Part shown: one piece after another, positions 59,711 to 64,000 of the stretch
Position numbering within the stretch: the first letter of the stretch is position 1
Layout of the letters: each line of letters begins with the position of its first letter
Source: Squalus acanthias
Lineage: Eukaryota
Reading direction: 5' to 3'
DNA: 64,000 bases
Assembly (NCBI GenBank): GCA_030390025.1
Contig: CM059433.1
Coordinates: forward strand, 19,904,001 to 19,968,000
Translations under genes and position numbers: made by a program
Notes under the pieces: model-generated
What the model was told of the DNA's origin: nothing
Seen by the model: the letters and a program-made list of their open reading frames with translations, nothing else
Database searches by the model: none

Positions 59711-62403
59711 TTTGTGTTACAGAGCTGATGTTTGCATCAGGGTAATCTTGTTCCTGTGCGATCTTTGCAGCACTGTAGAAAGTGCCTGGTACAAAGTCTT
59801 GTAAAGGTAGCTGATGCAACACATGGAGAGGAAGCCAACATATCGCAACTGTTTTGCTAATGAGTAATCTCAAGTTCAGCATAATAGATCTTGGCTTCAG
59901 AAAAAAAATGATATAATGCAATGTGTTGAACTAATGTTGTCACTCCATGGTTTCTAATTGACAGTTTTAATATATAGTTTGAACTTGTATAACAAACACA
60001 AAAGCTTTTCTAATTGAGTTCTGCATAATTTGATTTAGAGCTTCAATGTAACGCTTAAAGGAAGAGAAAATGATTGCAACAGAATGCGTTGGAGCAGAGA
60101 GTGTGGGGGGTAATGGCTTAGCAACAAGGAGGAAAAGAGAAATTTTGAGTGCAGAATGAACTGAGTCAGGTGATAGATGTGATTCACAAAGCCTTATGTG
60201 AGCTAATGTTCAACAAAAACAACATTCTTGGTTATTGCAGCTAATTAGATGCCAAGCTATTGCAATTTTAAAACTCAACAGATTCACTTTTCAAAACTTA
60301 AACTGCATAATGTTCTTAATATTGATGATAGCTGTTTGAAGTTTCCATTATGTTGCATTATGTTTTGTTTTTAATGTGACTTGGGTGAGGTAGATGGACC
60401 TCTTACATTTCTGGCTTCTTTTCTCTCAGTAGAAAAACTGATCTACATGTTGAACACGTATAAACATGTTGATTTCAAGTTGTTACTCTGAGAATTAATC
60501 TCCTTTCCAAGTCTGCTATAAATGGAACGGGAGGACTTATGCTATCATTGAACCAGAGAAATTTGGTACAGAAATAACGTGTGTAGATAGACTTTTAAGC
60601 AAAATGATGGGACAGCTGAGACCCGTTGCCTGCAATTCCTGTGCCATGTGGGAACTCCAGGACGCTTCATGTGTTCCGGATAACCACATTTGCAGGAAGT
60701 GCCTCCAGTTGCTCGAACTCAAGCTCAGGGTTTATAAGCTTGAGGAACAGCTGGAGTCACTGCAGGGCATACGGGAGACTGAGAATTTCCTGGAGCACGC
60801 GCAGCTACAGAGAGTCCCGGAGGATAGTAAGTGGGTGGCCATCCGACAGGGTAAGAAGAGGCAGGCAGTACAGGAATCCTCTGGGAGTGTGACACTCTCA
60901 AACCGGTTTCCAGTGCTGAATACTGGTGAGGGTGATGACACCTCGGGAGAGTGCAGTCTAGAGCACATACACGGTACCGTGGGGCAAATGACTGCACGGG
61001 GGGCACAGCAAAGTGGTCATAGGTGATTCAATAGTCAGGAGGATAGACAGGCGTTTCTACAACCACCGATGTGAGTCTCGCATGGTGTGTTTCCTCCCTG
61101 GTGCCAGGGTAAAGGACATCACTGAACGGGTGCAGAACATTTTGCGAGAAGAGTTAGAAGTCGTCATCCATGTTGGAACCAATGACGTCAGTAGGAAAAG
61201 AGTTGAATTCCTACAGACAAAGATTCAGGAGCTACGGAGAATGTTAAAGAGCAGGACCTCAAAGGTAGTAATCTCTGGATTGCACCCAGTGCCACGTGCT
61301 TGTGAGTATAGGAGCAGTAAAATAAATAGGTTAATGCGCGGCTAGTGAAATGGTGCAGGACAGAGGCCTTCAGATTTCTGGGGCATGGGACCAGTTCTGG
61401 GACACGAGGGACTTGTACTAGATGGACGGGTTGCATGCCAACAGGGCTGGGACCAAACTCGCACTCGAAAGGAATAATGTCATAGAGTAATGTACTTGAG
61501 AGTTCAAAGTCACAACACATTTGGTTAGAATTGAGGGACAATAGAGGAGCTATTACGCTGCTGAGTGTATACAATAGGCCACCAAATAGTGAGAAGGAAA
61601 TAGAGGAGCAAATTTGCAGGCAAATTGCAGAAAAATGCAAGAACTTTAGAGTAGTGATAAAGGGGGATTTCAATTATCCTAATATAGACTGGGAAAATAA
61701 CAGTGTAAAGGGCAAAGAGGGGGAGGAATTCCTGAATATGTACAAGGGAACTTTCTTGATCAGTGTGTTTCCATCCTAACAAGGAAGGAAGCAGTGCTGG
61801 ATCTAGTTCTGGGGAATGAAGTGGGGCAAGTGGAGTATGTTCCAGTGGGAGAGCATTCGGGAAACAGTGATCAAAATTTCATTAGATTCAGAGAAGTGAT
61901 GGAAAAAAACAAGGAAAAATCAAATATGAAAATATTCAACTGGAGCAGGGCTAATTTCAATATATTGAAAAGGGATCTGGCCCAGGTGGATTGGAATCAA
62001 AGACATAAGAACACAAGAAATAAGAGCAGGAGTAGGCCATACGGCCCCTCGAGCCATTCAATAAGATCATGGCTGATCATCAACCTCAACTCCACTTTCC
62101 CGCCCGATCTCCATATCCCTTGATTCCCCTAGAGTCCAAAAATCTATCTATCTCAGCCTTGAATATACTCAAAGACTCAGCATTCACAGCCCTCTGGGGC
62201 AGAGAATTCCAAAGATTCACAGCCCTCTGAGTGAAGAAATTCCTCCTCATCTCAGTCTTAAATGGCCTACCCCTTATCCTGAGACTATGCCCCCTAGTTC
62301 TAGACACTCCAGCCAGGGGAAACAACCTCTCAGCATCTACCCTATCAATCCCCTTCAGAATCTTGTATGTTTCAATGAGATCACCTCTCATTCTTCTAAA
62401 CTC

Positions 62404-62991
62404 AAGTGAGAAGTCGCACAACACCAGGTTATAGTCCAACAGTTTTATTTGAAATCACAAGCTTTCGGAGCTGCTGCCCCTTCGTCAGGTGAAGTGAAGA
62501 AATACAAATGGGCACAGCATATATAGTCAGAGAACAATGCCTGTGCAGAGAACAATGCCAGTCGACTACAGTTAATCTTTCTGACTGCCCTTTATCACAC
62601 CTCGGCAGAGAGACAATCACGGCAATCAAATCCAACCAGGTCAGTCAGGAAGACATTACATCAAAGACGATAGCAAAATACAACAAAGACAATGAGGTGG
62701 GGTCACAGGGGGTCTAATGTGGCAGAGGCTGCAGTCTGTATGGAAAACCAAAAACTTTAAACTTTTTTACTTTTTTTTACTGGAAATCACATCTGTGAAC
62801 AAGCCAACGACGACTCGAGTCTGGATGACTGTACGTCAGGTGGGGTTACATGTAGCGTGACATCAACCCAAGATCCCGGTTGAGGCCGTCCTCATGGGTG
62901 CGAAACTTGGCTATCAGTTTCTGCTCGATGATTTTGCGTTGTCGTGTGTCTCGAAGGCCACCTTGGAGAACGCTTACCCGAAGATCCGAGG
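62404..62991 (-). mobile_element. Penelope-like element, 5'-truncated (GIY-YIG C-terminus, UTR and pLTR end)
   Basis: 12-bp TSD tcttctaaactc; minus strand encodes SDLRVSVLQGGLRDTRQRKIIEQKLIAKFRTHEDGLNRDLGLMSRYM*. Confidence 0.9.
62455..62492 (-). ncRNA. Minimal type I hammerhead ribozyme
   Basis: TCAC-CTGACGA-A-GGGGC(AGCA)GCTCC-GAAA-GC-TT^GTGA: stem I TCAC/GTGA, AGCT palindrome, CUU triplet. Confidence 0.82.
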
Positions 62992-64000
62992 TCTTCTAAA
63001 CTCCAGAGAGTATAGGCCCATTCTACACAATCTCTCATCATAGGACAGCCCTCTCATCTCAGGAATCAATCTAGTGAACTTTCGTTGCACTGCCTCCAAG
63101 GCAAGTATATCCTTCCTTAGATAAGGAGGCCAAAACTGTGCGCAGTATACCAGGTGTGGTCTCACCAAGGTCATGTACAATTGTAGCAAGACTTCCTTAC
63201 TCTTATACTCCAACACCCTTGCAGAAAAGACTGGCAGGTAAAACAGTAAATGAGCAATGGGAGGCCTTCAAAGAGGAGATAGTTCGTGTAAAGAGTAGAC
63301 AAATTCTCACGAGGGGAAAGGAAGGGCATCCAGAGCTAGTGTTCCCTGGATGACTAAAGATTAAGATGAAAGAGAAAAAGGAAGCTTATGATAAATGTCG
63401 GTTCATAATTCAGTAGAGAACCAAGCTGAATATAAAAAGTACAGGAGAGAACTGAAAAAGGAAGTAAGAGGGGCAAAGAGACAGTATGAGAATAGATTAG
63501 CGGCTAACATAAAAGGGAAGCCAAAAGTCTTTTATAAGCATATAAATAGTAAAAGGGTAGTCAAAGGAAGGGTGGAGCCGACTAGGGACCAAAAAGGAGA
63601 TCATCTTGTGGAGGCAGAGGGCATGGCCGAGGTACTAAATGAGTACTTTGCTTCTGTCTTCACTAAAGAAGTGGATTCTGCCAATGTCACAGTAAAGGAG
63701 GAGGTAGTAGAGAAATTGGATAGGATAAAAATAGATAAGGAGGCACTTAAAAGGTTGGCAGTGCTCAAAGTAGAAAAATCACCCGGTCCAGATGGGAGTA
63801 AGGGTGAAAATTGCGGAGGCTCTGGCTACAATCTGCCAATCCTCCTTAGATATGGGAGTGGTGCCAGAGGACTGGAGGATTGCAAATGTTACACTCCTGT
63901 TCAAAGAAGGGGAGAGGGATAAACAGGCCAATGAGCCTAATGTCAGTGATTGGAAGCTTTTAGAGACATTAATTTGGGACAAAATTAAATGGCACTTGTA

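Larger units (their letters stand above)
62005..63225 (-). mobile_element. 5'-truncated CR1 nested in the + strand CR1
   Basis: TSD aaagac (61999-62004 / 63226-63231); RT C-terminal ORFs 62974-63216 and 62086-62439. Confidence 0.9.
60604..64000 (+). mobile_element. CR1 LINE with ORF1 (zinc finger and SGNH esterase) and ORF2 (APE endonuclease onward), degenerate, running off the window
   Basis: CNSCAMWE...HICRKC; VIGDSIVR...MVCFLPGARVKDI...IHVGTND; YNRPPNS...GDFNYPNIDW; LDLVL; KSPGPDG. Confidence 0.93.

Noticed and set aside
1..64000. Host protein-coding gene
   Set aside because: No ORF or splice-bounded segment resembled a cellular protein I recognise. Short exons cannot be excluded without alignment or RNA data.

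Overview
This is repeat-dense vertebrate genomic DNA, almost certainly from a cartilaginous fish (shark), inferred from its HE1-like V-SINEs, SacSINE1-like Deu-SINEs and abundant CR1/L2 LINEs. I could not support any host protein-coding exon, so the window reads as intergenic or intronic, and nearly all ORF-track hits are transposon remnants or noise. It contains: many CR1 fragments, including one near-complete ORF1+ORF2 copy at 60.6-64 kb; L2, RTE and very degraded L1 pieces; three Penelope-like element (PLE) remnants that each carry a minimal hammerhead ribozyme, one arranged as a roughly 150-bp fold-back with two head-to-head ribozymes; and a large set of PIF/Harbinger derivatives with 3-bp target-site duplications (TSDs). 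The Harbinger set includes Myb/SANT-retaining 1.7-1.8 kb elements, a 0.87 kb intermediate, 0.82 kb hairpin-array MITEs, transposase remnants, and a MITE carrying ETS+NRF1 motifs and splice donors. Coordinates were read by eye. Boundaries are exact where a TSD is quoted and approximate elsewhere.
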